Positions 39,804 to 52,073 of a stretch of DNA of 64,000 nucleotides are shown here, one piece after another. Under the pieces are notes generated by a model. The model was not told the origin of the DNA. It was given only the letters and a program-made list of their open reading frames with translations, and searched no databases. Every line of letters starts with the position of its first letter. The stretch's first letter is position 1. Origin of the DNA: Parasitella parasitica NRRL 2501 (lineage: Eukaryota > Fungi > Mucoromycota); assembly GCA_025201805.1 (NCBI GenBank), contig MU619318.1, positions 1 to 64,000 of the forward strand. Reading direction: 5' to 3'. The position numbers and the translations under genes were made by a program.

Positions 39804-40845
39804 TCAGATCTGTTGAAACAAGGAGGAATGACAGATGTTGGTATTGCAAGAATAAACATTCGCTGTTTTCTTTTGTCGATTTTCAATAGTTTTCATAGTT
39901 GTCTCCATCAGAAATTTTGTTTTCCACATAATTCTAATAATGGGTATAATATCTGTCGAAAAGAAATTGGTCTTTTTCGGATACTTGAAAATCATTAGTG
40001 CGAACAATCCTTCTGAAGTTGTTATGGATCAGGCATTAGACACACCACATTCTAAAAAGACTGAGTCACTAAAAATTCAGGAACCATTATGACAACTGAG
40101 TAAACAACGGTTAATCATACGTTAGGACATAGCGAGCGTAGTTTTATAGTATAATCAAATAATAATCAACAAACAAAACGCATAGAATAACAAAGAAGCA
40201 CATCAAGTTATATCCTCCCCCCCCCCTCCCCTTCAAGCTTATTAAAAAGCTTGGCTACACAGAACAAGCTTTTTCTTTTGTGTAACTCCGGCTTAGGATC
40301 TGGAACAAATTTCATTTCGCGTAGGTATCAAGTGCAATAGCACATGCTCATGAATTCATATTGCCAAATGGAAAAGTCGTTTATAAAAATTATAATCCTG
40401 TTAAACAAAATGTATAAGTTTCCCTATGTCATATTTGATGGCTGTTTGAGTAATATGTATATATTTACAAACCAAATCCAGCTATATTTCAAAGCTTGAT
40501 TCGAGCTTGGGTTCACAAAACTTGACATGAACTTGGCTCAACAAAAATCATTATACACACAATATATCTTTCATTGCCTTAAGGACCTTCATCATTCCGT
40601 CTCCCATGTACTTGTCATCTCTAACACCAACAGACTCTTTCTTCACTTCCATGCATCCAAGTTCGCAGTCATCACAAAAGAAGAGCATATCCATTTTGTT
40701 GCCCATATTCATGTCCTAATTTTCTCTCACCCTTCTAATAGCAGACGTCACGCTGCCCTTCCCAATCTCCACCTTCACTTCTGGTTCATCAAAGAGGTAT
40801 AGAGGAAGCTCCAAACACGACGCTTCATTTTGGCCAATACTATTA
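39804..40845 (-). pseudogene. Fragmented Crinkler-like / PD-(D/E)XK REase-fold gene remnant of a multicopy Mucorales family
   Basis: Minus-strand frame ..AIRRVREN*DMNMGNKMDMLFFCDDCELGCMEVKKESVGVRDDKYMGDGMMKVLKAMKDIL has an in-frame TAG. A separated C-terminal piece reads RRIVRTNDF/KYPKKTNFFSTDIIPIIRIMWKTKFLMETT, with a frameshift. Confidence 0.55.
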
Positions 40846-42859
40846 TTGTTGTGCCAGGCTTTGATGAGTACAGCAGCGATTTTATATGATGGAAGATTTA
40901 AGAAAGTAATAATAGGCTTTTGATTTACCAGATATAAAACTATAGATTTTATTGATTGATAAGAAGGCGCCTATTTATATTGTAATAAATATGAATCAAT
41001 CTATAAATTACAATCAGACCATGTTTGACATTTAATTGTCAAACAAGATTATAATACAGTAATAGTCAGAGCAAGACCTATATCTAATCAGCTAATTATA
41101 TGAATGTGAATCATTCATCGATAAATTTAGTATGGCAATTTAGAATAGGTAGAATCAAATAGATGGTTCTTATACAAGAAAATTATATTTGATTAGATCT
41201 ATTTATTGTATAGAATAGTTAGTAACAGTTAACCTTAGATCCGACCAGGAACGGTTGCGATGACAACTGAATTGAAATAGTGGTAATCATGATATTCTAT
41301 GGGTGCAACAAGAATAATGCAATTTCAAATCTTCTTGATTTACTAATGATTTATCAGACAAAGGTGATTTAATCAGAATAAAATGTACAGTTTAATTATT
41401 ATTAATAAACTGTATTTAACTATTTATACTTTTGCTTTAAGCAGTGAGATGTATAGTTTTTAAGTGAAACTTTAGTAATGGTTAACTGTTAATTCTTCTA
41501 ACCTCTGTGTAAAATATGATATATGTGAAATACATTCACTATGATGATCTGCATTCCACTTCTAGATTCATCCAGTTACCTTAAATTGATATAGACTACA
41601 TATGCACATAGATAATAAGATGTGCAATACAGATTTATAATATATAAGATATAAGCTAGAATGGCACCATTAGGATGGATAACGCTATAGACTGATACTT
41701 ATATCTCTGTTGGGTTAAAAAGATAATAAAAACCAAATGTTAACGAGATACGAAAACTTTAAGATACTTTATTTAAGATCGAAATTGCATCTGCTATTTA
41801 TACTTTTTACAACTACATAAATTTATGGTAACTTATTTAGATTACTAATTGACAAGACTAATTCACAGTGACAATCTACTTGACAGGGTACGATATGAGG
41901 TTATACAGCAAGGGCTACATGTCTTTGATCTGACAGAGCCTTAACCTTTATCCTGGTGCTCAGATCTGTGTTACTTACAGGAATAACCTTCTTGATTTGA
42001 AACAGAGACTTTATTCTCCAATTTACACAAGCGTATCACATCACATCATTGGACAATCTTTAATCTTCAATTGAAGTACATTGCCATGATCTCCTGTCTA
42101 TAATTATGGCAGATCAATCTCGACACGAGCCTTAGACATTTACTAGATTTAGTATGTGCTACGAGCTTATGCTATATAAGATCTATGCTTCAGATGCGTA
42201 TTCCCAGTTTCTAGATACGCACTATAAGACATATACTTATATTCATGATACTAGCTACAGATACGTTATGTACTACAGACTTGTACAATATGTGCAATGC
42301 TATAGATATGCTATAGACATGCGATAGACATGCTACATATACCGATATATGCTAAGATGAATACCAAGTGATATACATTCAGACATGGACTATTAACATA
42401 GACTGGATAAGACTATACAAGAAATGATATACGCTTATGGATCGATATTAATTGATTTATCAGAATGAGAAATTATTCAATTAAACGGTTGTGAATTAAT
42501 CAGGTAAAGATCTCGTTTATTACATGGAAAAAATGATGGTTTATACACTAGTGAATCTAAGTGGACTGATGGGAGGATAAGATATAAGCGTGAGACATGG
42601 TGTGATTTAGAGAATAGAACGATAGGTTGTATCTATTGTCCATGAACATGTCATGTTGAGTTATAAATAAGGAACATGATCCATTGGGATATGTTCCTGA
42701 ATTATGTTGTTCAGGATTGAGTTTACTTGAGTTTGACTTCCGGTTGGGAAATTGACACATCATTATGCGCCATAAGAACAGGCATAATCATCGCTATCTG
42801 AGCATACCTTGCTTTCCACCGGGCGATGTCTTTATCAAAAGTTATCTGCAAAAACATTT
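39804..42859 (-). mobile_element. Dispersed repeat copy B, the longest copy (ends not defined)
   Basis: Segments match copy A (1-447) and copy C (~63090-63910) in reverse complement. Gene-poor, AT-rich, decayed coding remnants. Confidence 0.65.
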
Positions 42860-44173
42860 TGGTTTTTTCGCTGTCGAAGTTTGAAAATGAAAATCACGTG
42901 TCTTATTTGTGTCTCCTGTATGAGGGAAAGTGAATGTGGATATAATATCCATATTTCATATATCGATCATCAGTTTATGCTATATTTGAATCATGAGTGT
43001 GCTACTCAATGGATATCAAATATTTACATAGTCGGAAGAATAGAATAACCAACATATAAGATAAGAAACGAATCTTAACAAACCACAATACATGCAAGTC
43101 AATGTATAATATAGCTTGATATTTTGATCAAAGATCATAATCCAATAGTGAGGCTACATAGATAGATAGAATATTCTTTGAAGATTGAAAATGATTGAGA
43201 TGTGATAGTGGAAACTATATAAAGAGGGAATCAATCTCTAATGATTACAGTTCTCCAGTCTGAACTAAATAATAAATCTATACGTTATCTAGCTGACTTA
43301 TTTTGTTTTTTTTTATACTTTTTTTTCTGTGAATATCCTTATACCAAGCATATTCCACAGAGAAGACTGTTTGCGCAAATATACAGCTTTTATTATGATA
43401 AAATTGAAGCAGTACTTACAATGTATGGAGCATAAAAGCAAGACTTCAAGTCATCATATAGACTCATTTGAGGACTAAAATAACCGAATATTGAATATAT
43501 GTTTTAAATCAGATAGATAATGGTATGACAATAAAAGGCATCAAATCATTGCAGTTTTATGCACTAAAACAGTTTTCATTTTCATAAATAGCAGGCATTT
43601 GGTCAATATATTCCTGTGGATTAATATATCGCTATCTATAAAATCATCAGGAGGAATAAGAAGGCTTTCTACTTCAGCATAACAATGCTCTATTTTAACC
43701 GAGTATTTAAACGTGGTGATTACATTCTCGGTTTTATGTGCATGGTATGGACACCTTTACTGTTAAGTCAGCTGTTGCACGTAGTTGATAAGAGACATCT
43801 TGTCATAGAAGTAACTCCTTATCGGTCATCCCATGTCAGATCCTGGTACTACCTGTTGTACACGTGAAGAGATCCAAAGTGTCAGATTCACTTTAAACTC
43901 TATTTCTCATCTTGAAATGTTATTGTGGATCTTGGTGTTGCTAAAGCCGAGGCTGATTGCGCGACAAACAAGCCAAGAATATGCTCGATAATGTATAAAA
44001 GGAAGCTGACAATCACCTGAGCCAAGCCCAGATAAATTCTGGGAAGATTTTTATTTACCTGGAACAAGCCTAGTTCGATTGCGAGCCTATTGTTGTATAT
44101 CATTGCCATTAAATAAAAGAGAAGGGTATCTAGACTTGATCGTTTATTACATTGTATTTCGCTAATGCAGAGG

Positions 44174-44767
44174 TCATAGGCCTGCTTTTTTACAAACAAC
44201 CTTGAATTCATATGGGTCAATAAGCCCATCATGGTTTAAATCTGCTTCATTCATCATCTCCATTATTTCTTGTTTCGTCCATGATTCATCTTGTGTTTCA
44301 CATACTTTAAGTAAGCTTTGTAATGTAATGCCATTCAGAGCAGGGTCTGCCAGCATCTGAAATGCAATATCTTCTTCCTCATCGTCCTCCTCCTCTTCTT
44401 CCTCAAAATCATCATCGGCGTTCAAGGTATCGATATTAGCCTCTCCGCCCTTTTGTGGGTATTAATATTTGGATGGGTGACAAATATAGATGTTACCTTC
44501 AATTCGATAACAATGTCAATAAAATCGTCCAATTCTACAGTCGCTTCTTTCTCTCGCCCCACAGATTCGAATAAATCATCCATATCAGATAACTCAACCA
44601 GTAAATCAAGGGACCTTAAAGCATTGTGCAAGTATTCTGCATTTAGAGCACCAATTTTGTCAATATCATGGCTTTTAAAAGCTAATATAGATATCAGATA
44701 GTATAATATTTTTTACCATACATCACTCACTTGATTTAATCTGTCTTTTTGCAATTGCTCTTCTCAT
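44174..44767 (-). CDS. Centrin/caltractin-like EF-hand protein, 2 introns
   Basis: MRRAIAKRQIKSTFKSHDIDKIGALNAEYLHNALRSLDL..VELDDFIDIV..AFQMLADPALNGITLQSLLKVC..EIMEMMNEADLNHDGLIDPYEFKVVCKKAGL. Confidence 0.75.
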
Positions 44768-45184
44768 AATATGCGATTTCAAGTGAAGGAAAGAGGAAAA
44801 AAGAAGAAAAAAGAAGCCACATCCAAAGGAATCTGAATTTATAATTAACCAAGCAACCGAACATCAGCAGCCAACAGTAACTAGACTTATGACCTAAAGG
44901 GAATAAATGTTCTACTGCGGTCAACATCGACATTTTTTTTATAAAGAAAAAAAAAAGCAATAAAAAAGAGTAACGACAGCTACAGCATACATTTACATGA
45001 TCATTGCATGTGAATGCATTTTGTTTACGTTTTACAGAGTAAAAGGGAATCAAAGGCCTTTGTCCAGATCGTATTTAGCATGATAAAACCGTCACCTATC
45101 CTATCATCATTATCTCGTCTTTTTCGAATAGCTTGCTCCCTTTTTCCATTTTGCAATTTAAATCTACAGATATCCCAAACAATC

Positions 45185-45726
45185 ATGTCTTCTTCGCAAA
45201 GTCAGAGTGGCTCGTTCCGACAGCAACAGCACTTATATCGCTATGCACATTACACATCGAAATCGAAAACGCCAACAGCGTACACTCCTCCATCCGAAGA
45301 TGGCACTGTAAAAGGTTTGTTTCTATTATTATCGCCAATCCTCTTGGTAACTGTCTTATTCCACTAGGCCGTAAAAGGCGTTCTTCATACGATGACGAGG
45401 AGATGGAAAACGGAAATATCGTTGATTTCAAACTACAAGAGCAATTCCAACAGCCACAACAGTTAAATCCTCAAACACAATCTCTACCCGAGGATGAAAC
45501 TTTGCATACTACAAAGCGCAATCGAATGAGCTTGAAAAAGGAATTCCCAATCAGTAAATTATTAGGTAAAGACAAAAAGTAAACAGGAAGCAGTTAAAAG
45601 AGATGTTTAAGTGTATATTTAGCAACATTGGAAAAGGATAAACTTATTGAGCTGATCAATGATCTTGTCGATTCAAATCCTCATTTAAAATCTGAAGTCG
45701 ACGAACTTATACCTCACCCACCGCCA
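45185..45726 (+). CDS. STS1: Nuclear proteasome tethering factor Sts1/Cut8 (5' part; truncated by the assembly gap)
   Basis: GRKRRSSYDDEEM..TKRNR bipartite-NLS-like segment, then EFPISKLLATLEKDKLIELINDLVDSNPHLKSEVDELIPHP (Cut8 N-terminal/dimerisation motif). Confidence 0.75.
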
Positions 45727-45766
45727 NNNNNNNNNNNNNNNNNNNNNNNNNNNNNNNNNNNNNNNN
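45727..45766. other. Assembly gap (40 N)
   Basis: N run followed by a long poly-A. Confidence 0.99.
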
Positions 45767-45799
<33 letters not shown>

Positions 45800-46710
45800 A
45801 CTTTAAGTAGCCTGGCACAATTTCAGGATGTTGAGAAACAAAATTTGTTTTTTGGAATGAATAAATTACTAAAGGCTCAAGAAACGCATTTTATTAGAGA
45901 ATCTGCAACAGATAGCGGTAAAGTATCCGTTGTTATGATAGGTGATGACTATATACGCTACTTCAAACATATCTACGCTTTAACATTGTTCATGAGTTAT
46001 TGTTTACCTGCTCGAGAACGATGAAACGAATTGCATTAATTGGTCATCCTATAATTTTATTGTTCTAGAAACGAAAGTAGATTGATCATATGATACTTAT
46101 TAGTGTCAACTGTAATCTAGTGATCCGAATTATTGCCAAGTTGTACAAACAAAGGTTACCCAAAAGCTTAAATAACGTTTGAATGCCTCATATATAAATC
46201 ACACCACTTCCGTTATTATATTATATATATAACTATTAAATACAAAGAAGAATAACACTGTGTAGAAAATGTGTGTCAAACAAAGATATAAACAAATAAA
46301 CAAACCGATACATTTGACTGTAACTGGAAATATGTGGGTTCAATGATATAGAAAATGATACTTGTAACATTTTACCATGTTTATTGTTTAGGGCAAATAC
46401 TTCTCTTACTCTCGGTTCTTATGATTAGTGTTTATATAATGCTGAAATCACACAAGCAAAAGTGAGTTAGTATGGCGAGATAAGCTCCATTTTAGGACCA
46501 TTGCTTTCTACATCCTTTTTGATATTGAAATGTAGCGCACAGTCGTTTTGAAAAAGATATTTACGTATTAGAATAAGCAAAATGTGAGAAAAGAAAAAAG
46601 AACCTGGCGCAAATAGCAGTGCAAATAAGGGCGTAAAAATAAAATATAAAACGCTTGCATGTCCCACCTTATTTTAATGCCTATGTGCGTATTCGTATTC
46701 GTGTTCGTGA

Positions 46711-46751
46711 GCGTGCGCGTGTGCGTGTGCGTGTGCGTGTGCGTGTGCGTG
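46711..46751. repeat. (GTGTGC)n hexamer microsatellite
   Basis: gcgtgcgcgtgtgcgtgtgcgtgtgcgtgtgcgtgtgcgtg. Confidence 0.9.
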
Positions 46752-47010
46752 TCTTTCTGTGTTAAACATATTACCATGGATGTAAAGCTTTTCATTGATC
46801 AGCAAGATTTTTTTTTCCACAGCCTTCTACTGTAAAATCATGAATGTCTTGATTTTTCACCATGTTTGTGAGCCCAATTGAAATGTTTCTTTTAGGTGAT
46901 TTTGCGTCACTCTGTTTCCCTGTTTACCCTTTTTGAAAAAGATTATTTCTTTTTATGTTGTATATCATTCCGTCTTCTTTTCTTTTTTCTTTCTTCTTTT
47001 TTTTGGATTT

Positions 47011-47050
47011 NNNNNNNNNNNNNNNNNNNNNNNNNNNNNNNNNNNNNNNN
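47011..47050. other. Assembly gap (40 N)
   Basis: N run. Confidence 0.99.
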
Positions 47051-47201
47051 AAAAAAAAGAAGAAAAAAAAAAGTAGGTTTGGTTTCAGATTAATATAAAG
47101 TGCATAAATAGAACTTCAATTGCACTCGTCTCCACATTATTGTACAATAAAAAGTATATCAGATCAAATCAGATACTATAAAGAAAAAACGTCCAATAGT
47201 A

Positions 47202-48937
47202 ATGTCAGTAGCTTCTTGTTATTGGGCTTTACTTTCCCTCGAAAACTTTGATTTCGTTTACTTGCCTAGTCTTGTAACCGACATTCAAATTGCAAACGGG
47301 GTGAAGGCTGGTGATGTGCTCATGTCGAAGTCTCTGTTGGATTTTATCCATCCCAACGAATTGTCCCTGGCAACGACTGATTTATTGAATTTTGTTAGAA
47401 TAAAAACGCTGGCAGGGGCAGTTACTAGGTATGAATCTGGGTTTTTGCTATGGCGTGCCAGCTCTGACTAACTGGATCGAACCTTAGATGTCGTCTCCGT
47501 AGTATAAAGTCGTTAATCTACCAAGAGTATGGCGATGATATCAAGGTCAGTATACACAAACACACAAACAGAGACACACGTGTTGATTATATTCGTGTAG
47601 ATGGACAGCCTACAGAATTGGACCATAACTGATGTTGTCATGTATACAGCTACAAACAATTCGATCTTAGCATTCTTTCATTCACTACAATTAGGTAAGT
47701 TTTGAGCATGTCAAATGTTGTAGATGCGGGTATTTTTGACAGGTTGTTTTTATATATTATTTAAAAATAGATAATACCGACGACCTACTGGATACACCTT
47801 CACCAACAGCTGCCACAGCCATCATCGCTACAACGCCTAATACTTACTGTTGCGGGAGTGGCCAGTTAAGCCCTAATGTAACACGCTGCTTGCGACTTGT
47901 AAAAAATAGACTAATCGCTTAATCATCCAATGTTAGGAAGCCAAGAGAATCTCGAGCATTCTGCAACAATATTCAAGCATGACGATTGAACCACTTAGAC
48001 TATTTCAAATATATGACACGCAATGTCAGCAACTATTAATATCTGGACCAAACACGCCTGCCACCGAAAGTGTCATTGATCTGACTAGCTCGATTACGCA
48101 GAAAGAAATAGACAGACGACTACAGCATCCCCAATTGAAATCAGATGCAGCAGCTTGCACTCACCACTCGCACTCGAAATCGAACATGATGCTGGAATCA
48201 AACAAACTGTGCCAAATTGAACGTATCATCATCACCTATGGCAATCTAACATTTAGTTGTTTTCAAATTACGACTATTCAAACAGACTATTACACTAGTG
48301 ACAATAGTAGCAGTAATGATAATAACATACCCAATCAAACGTACAGTATTCCCCTCTTGTTTGGATGATGATCATTTGCTAACTAGCCCTCCTTCTCTTG
48401 TAGCTTTCGCAAATCCAACTTGAGCAAGATTTTGAACACCACCACCACCATTACTGCCACTACCACTACTGCAAGCAATGCAGTATCAGTAATCCAGCAA
48501 ACAAATCCGCATCCACATGATGTGCAAACGAACAAGAAGTTCAAAAATGACAAAGCTGCTGATTATCTATCATCACAATCATCTTCAGCGGCGACATCCG
48601 AGCCTTTTGATAGTGCAAAATCTTTATTACCGAGGGCTTGGAGAGGCAGATTTGGGGTGTTTGAGAAGAAATGTGAGAATTGTCAAACCAATACAAGCCC
48701 AGAATGGCGTAAAGGACCTGGTGGTCATAAAACGTAAGTCATCAGCAGACCTTTAAGAAATGGTATTGATCTATATTTGATAGATTATGTAATGCTTGTG
48801 GACTTAGATATGCTAGACTCGTTGCTAAGCATGAAAAACTTTCTAGCCAGCAACAACCTAAAACTGAAGATCAAGCAACGTTACTCAGTGTAAATATTGG
48901 CAACAACAAATTGAAAGGTTTCAAGCCAAAGAAATAA
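47202..48937 (+). CDS. GATA zinc-finger transcription factor with an N-terminal PAS-like domain, 6 introns
   Basis: SLLDFIHPNELSLA..AGAVTRCRL (PAS-like); C-terminal [32 protein letters not shown] (C-x2-C-x18-C-x2-C). Confidence 0.88.
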
Positions 48938-49003
48938 AGTAATATTGTTTTCTTTTTTATTAAATGTATTTACAAATGGGTAGCTGTCTATTGTAGATTT
49001 ATC

Positions 49004-49377
49004 TTATTTCTTTTTGTTTGAGGCACGCTTGCCTTGACCTAATGAAAAAACATGTCAGTAATTGTAGTCTTACACACAACCAACTAATCAAGTTGCTTAC
49101 CCTTCTTTGGTGCTCCCTTTCCTCTTCTCTTTCTTCTGGCAATTTCATCAAGACGTTCCTTTTCTTCCAGGTTAACCAAGCCAAGCTGAGGATACAATGC
49201 TTGGATATCACGGAAATGAACCAATTTTTGAGGATTGTAGCTAGTTAATGTTGACCCAATCAATCTTTGTCGAATAATCTTGTTTCCTGTACGCGCGCAT
49301 GTTGGATTATAAACGTTGGAAAACACTTTACATGACAACTGGGTGAGTTGCGCAAGTCGAGTTGTAGCTTGACTCAT
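49004..49377 (-). CDS. RSM27: Mitochondrial small-subunit ribosomal protein mS33/Rsm27; intron 49039-49100
   Basis: SCKVFSNVYNPTCARTGNKIIRQRLIG..RRKRRGKGAPKKGQGKRASNKKK*. Confidence 0.9.
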
Positions 49378-49645
49378 TCGACTTTATGATAAACGTAGAA
49401 GAAAAATTGTGAGGGGCCCTTCTTTTGTTCCATGATTTTGACCCCCGGACAAATTTGTTGTATGCTATAGGTGACTCTGTCTTTGCCCATTGTTGGTGAC
49501 TTGAATGTCAAGATTGATACAGTACTATACCAGTATAGCCATACTGAAAGAGAAACCCCATGCAAATACAGTACTTACACCGGATGTTTGAAAACTCCAG
49601 CTTTTGAAAATAAATTGCCCACTCTTTAACCAAACAGTAAAGCAA

Positions 49646-50491
49646 TCACAAAGGTCCTTTATTCAAGCATTTGGGGATTACATTGATTGAGTGCTGAATG
49701 AAGTTATGTACATGTTCAACAGGAACATCTTCACTAACTTCAATTATTCTTGAAGAAAGTGTTTCTGTATCTTTCAATTTCTCTCTTTTAACTCGATCCT
49801 TCAGCACTCTCCAGAACATCTCAAAAGGGTTGAGTTCAGGTGAAGATGGAGGGAGGTATTTATACTGGTATATAACCCCTTTCTAAAATGATAGGGTCAG
49901 CGACATCACGAGAGTGGATCGAAGCGTTATCCATGACCACATGAAATCCTTTCATGTTGGGAAAATCATCCATAATGTCTAAAGTATCGCTAATGAATTG
50001 CACAAAATGGCCAGCTGTAGTTCCATTTGGTATAGTAGCAAAAGTATCCTCGGACGCCTTTCTCTTTTTAGCACCAACAACTCTTTCTTTTCTTGACATT
50101 GCCCGGCTCTCTCAAATCTACATCCACAATACCAAATGCTGAAACTGCACCAATAACCATATCTTCTATGCGTGTCTAGATTCGTAGACGTCACCAATGA
50201 TGGCCTCAGCAAACGCAGTTTTATAGTGAGCATTTCTGCTCGTCTTGTGCATTTTCTGTATGTGATACACCCCTCGCAGAAGTTGTTTCTTCAATTGCTG
50301 GTTTTACCACGCTGTGCCCAACCTCTTGAACGACGCGTATTTATATCGAATCCTGCTTCATCAAGGAAGACACAATTCTGCATGAAATGCAAACTTTTTT
50401 GCTGCCATTTTTCAATCCAGTTTCCACGAGCTTTAAGAGTCTTCTGTCTATTTCTGGCTTTGGGATGGCGCATATCCGTGTCATTTTCCAA
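49646..50491 (-). mobile_element. Decayed Tc1/mariner-IS630 (DDE) transposase
   Basis: NCVFLDEAGFDINTRRSRGWA, GTTAGHFVQFI, HVVMDNASIH, YLPPSSPELNPFEMFW, QHSINVIPKCLNK, spread over several frames with stops and frameshifts. Confidence 0.9.
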
Positions 50492-52073
50492 ATCGTTGAG
50501 TTGGTCAAAGTCAAAACATCAGATGGTAAAAGTCAGAACTAGAAAAAAGATGGTCTATGCACAGTTGCCAAATGATAATATGATTAATATCCTGCATGTT
50601 TGTCAAGTCGTAATCCAATAAGCTATAATTTTATTTTGAATATCTACAAGTTTTAAAAAAAGCCATCTAGTATATATTATTTACTATTATTTTATTCAAG
50701 CATAATTCTTTATCTAACAAAGTAGTCAAGACTTGAGTTATCATACGTAAAAGCAGTTGCATAAACAATTGTGACTAAAGTGAGGGAAGCCTTTTTTTCG
50801 GTTCTAAAGGAGCAGGTGTAGAAGTCATTCAGTAAAAAGAGTAAAGCCAGCATGTACATCCTTCTGATGTTGAGGAAATAAGTTGAATGGAAAAGGACGG
50901 ATGCTATTGTTAGCACCTTATTACAAGCAACGGATCAACACTTTTCTGGAAACGGACAAGGTATATATATGAAGACTACAAGATTCCTATTGAATAAGTG
51001 TTAATTACTGCCCAACATTAAAAATTAAGAGCGCAACGGAATGGGCTAAAAGTACCGAAACTGATCCAAGCCTAGGGCACTACACCCGCAAGAAAGGACT
51101 CAGTACACCCTTTGAGAAAGCGATGAGATCTAAAGGGCCTCAGACTTCGGTAATTTGTCACTTGAGTAATCAATACTATTTACACCAGCAACATACACGC
51201 CCCTAAAGTAAAAGTTTAGAATAATACTTATCTGAAGTAACTTGGGATCACGAAAAATACGCAGCCTGTTCTTGTATAACTGCATTTAGCGGGGAAATGT
51301 TTTGCACAAACCCAGCCTTTTTGTCTTTTCATCTCTTATATTAAAATGATACAATTCGTATTCTACTTGATTTGAGCGTTGAATTAAAGTATATCATTGC
51401 AATGAAAGACATTTTAAGAAGAGCGTAATTATTTACACCAACATAGAAGAAATTTTGTCATCAGCTACAAATAAAAGTGCTTGTTATTAACATAAAATAA
51501 ATAACTTTCGATATCTGCCTTTTAGATAAGTTTCTTTTGATATTAATTGATACAAAACTATCGATTTACCGACTCATTGAATTTAGTACGTGCCCCATTA
51601 AACCGATTTGATGAATTTAAGCATATCGCTGTTTGTTTGTCGGATATGGTTGTTGTATTTTTATTTCCACACGGTTTATGTACACTGTACATCTTTAAAC
51701 GACAAAACTTTTGAGTGGCAAATGTGATTGAGTCTATATGAGCAAAGATAAACATCTGGCGCTATTGAATCAGAAGAGCAATTACTTACGACTGATTCTT
51801 ATAATACGAATGTTGTGTGATATGCAATCTTAGTGTTTAGCTAGCATTGAGTTGGTCTATCAACTGAACATTGGACTTTTCTGATCCGCTTTGACAAGCA
51901 GCAGTATTAGATGTTCTCGTGACTCGATACATGATGCCTTTATACGGAACATCATGGCATTTACAGACACAAAAAAATTTTAGATGTCGAGTAGTGGCTT
52001 AGGTACTAGTCAAGAAATTCATCTGTGGATTGTAAAATTTTGCTCAGTCTCTTTATTTCATACAACTTTAACT

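Noticed and set aside
42130-42440. CRISPR-like or coding repeat (atgctatagac-type reiterations)
   Set aside because: Degenerate low-complexity repeats with no constant repeat-spacer period; eukaryotic context
45809-45822. Fourth copy of the element leader (cctggcacaa)
   Set aside because: The match does not extend beyond ~12 nt on either side
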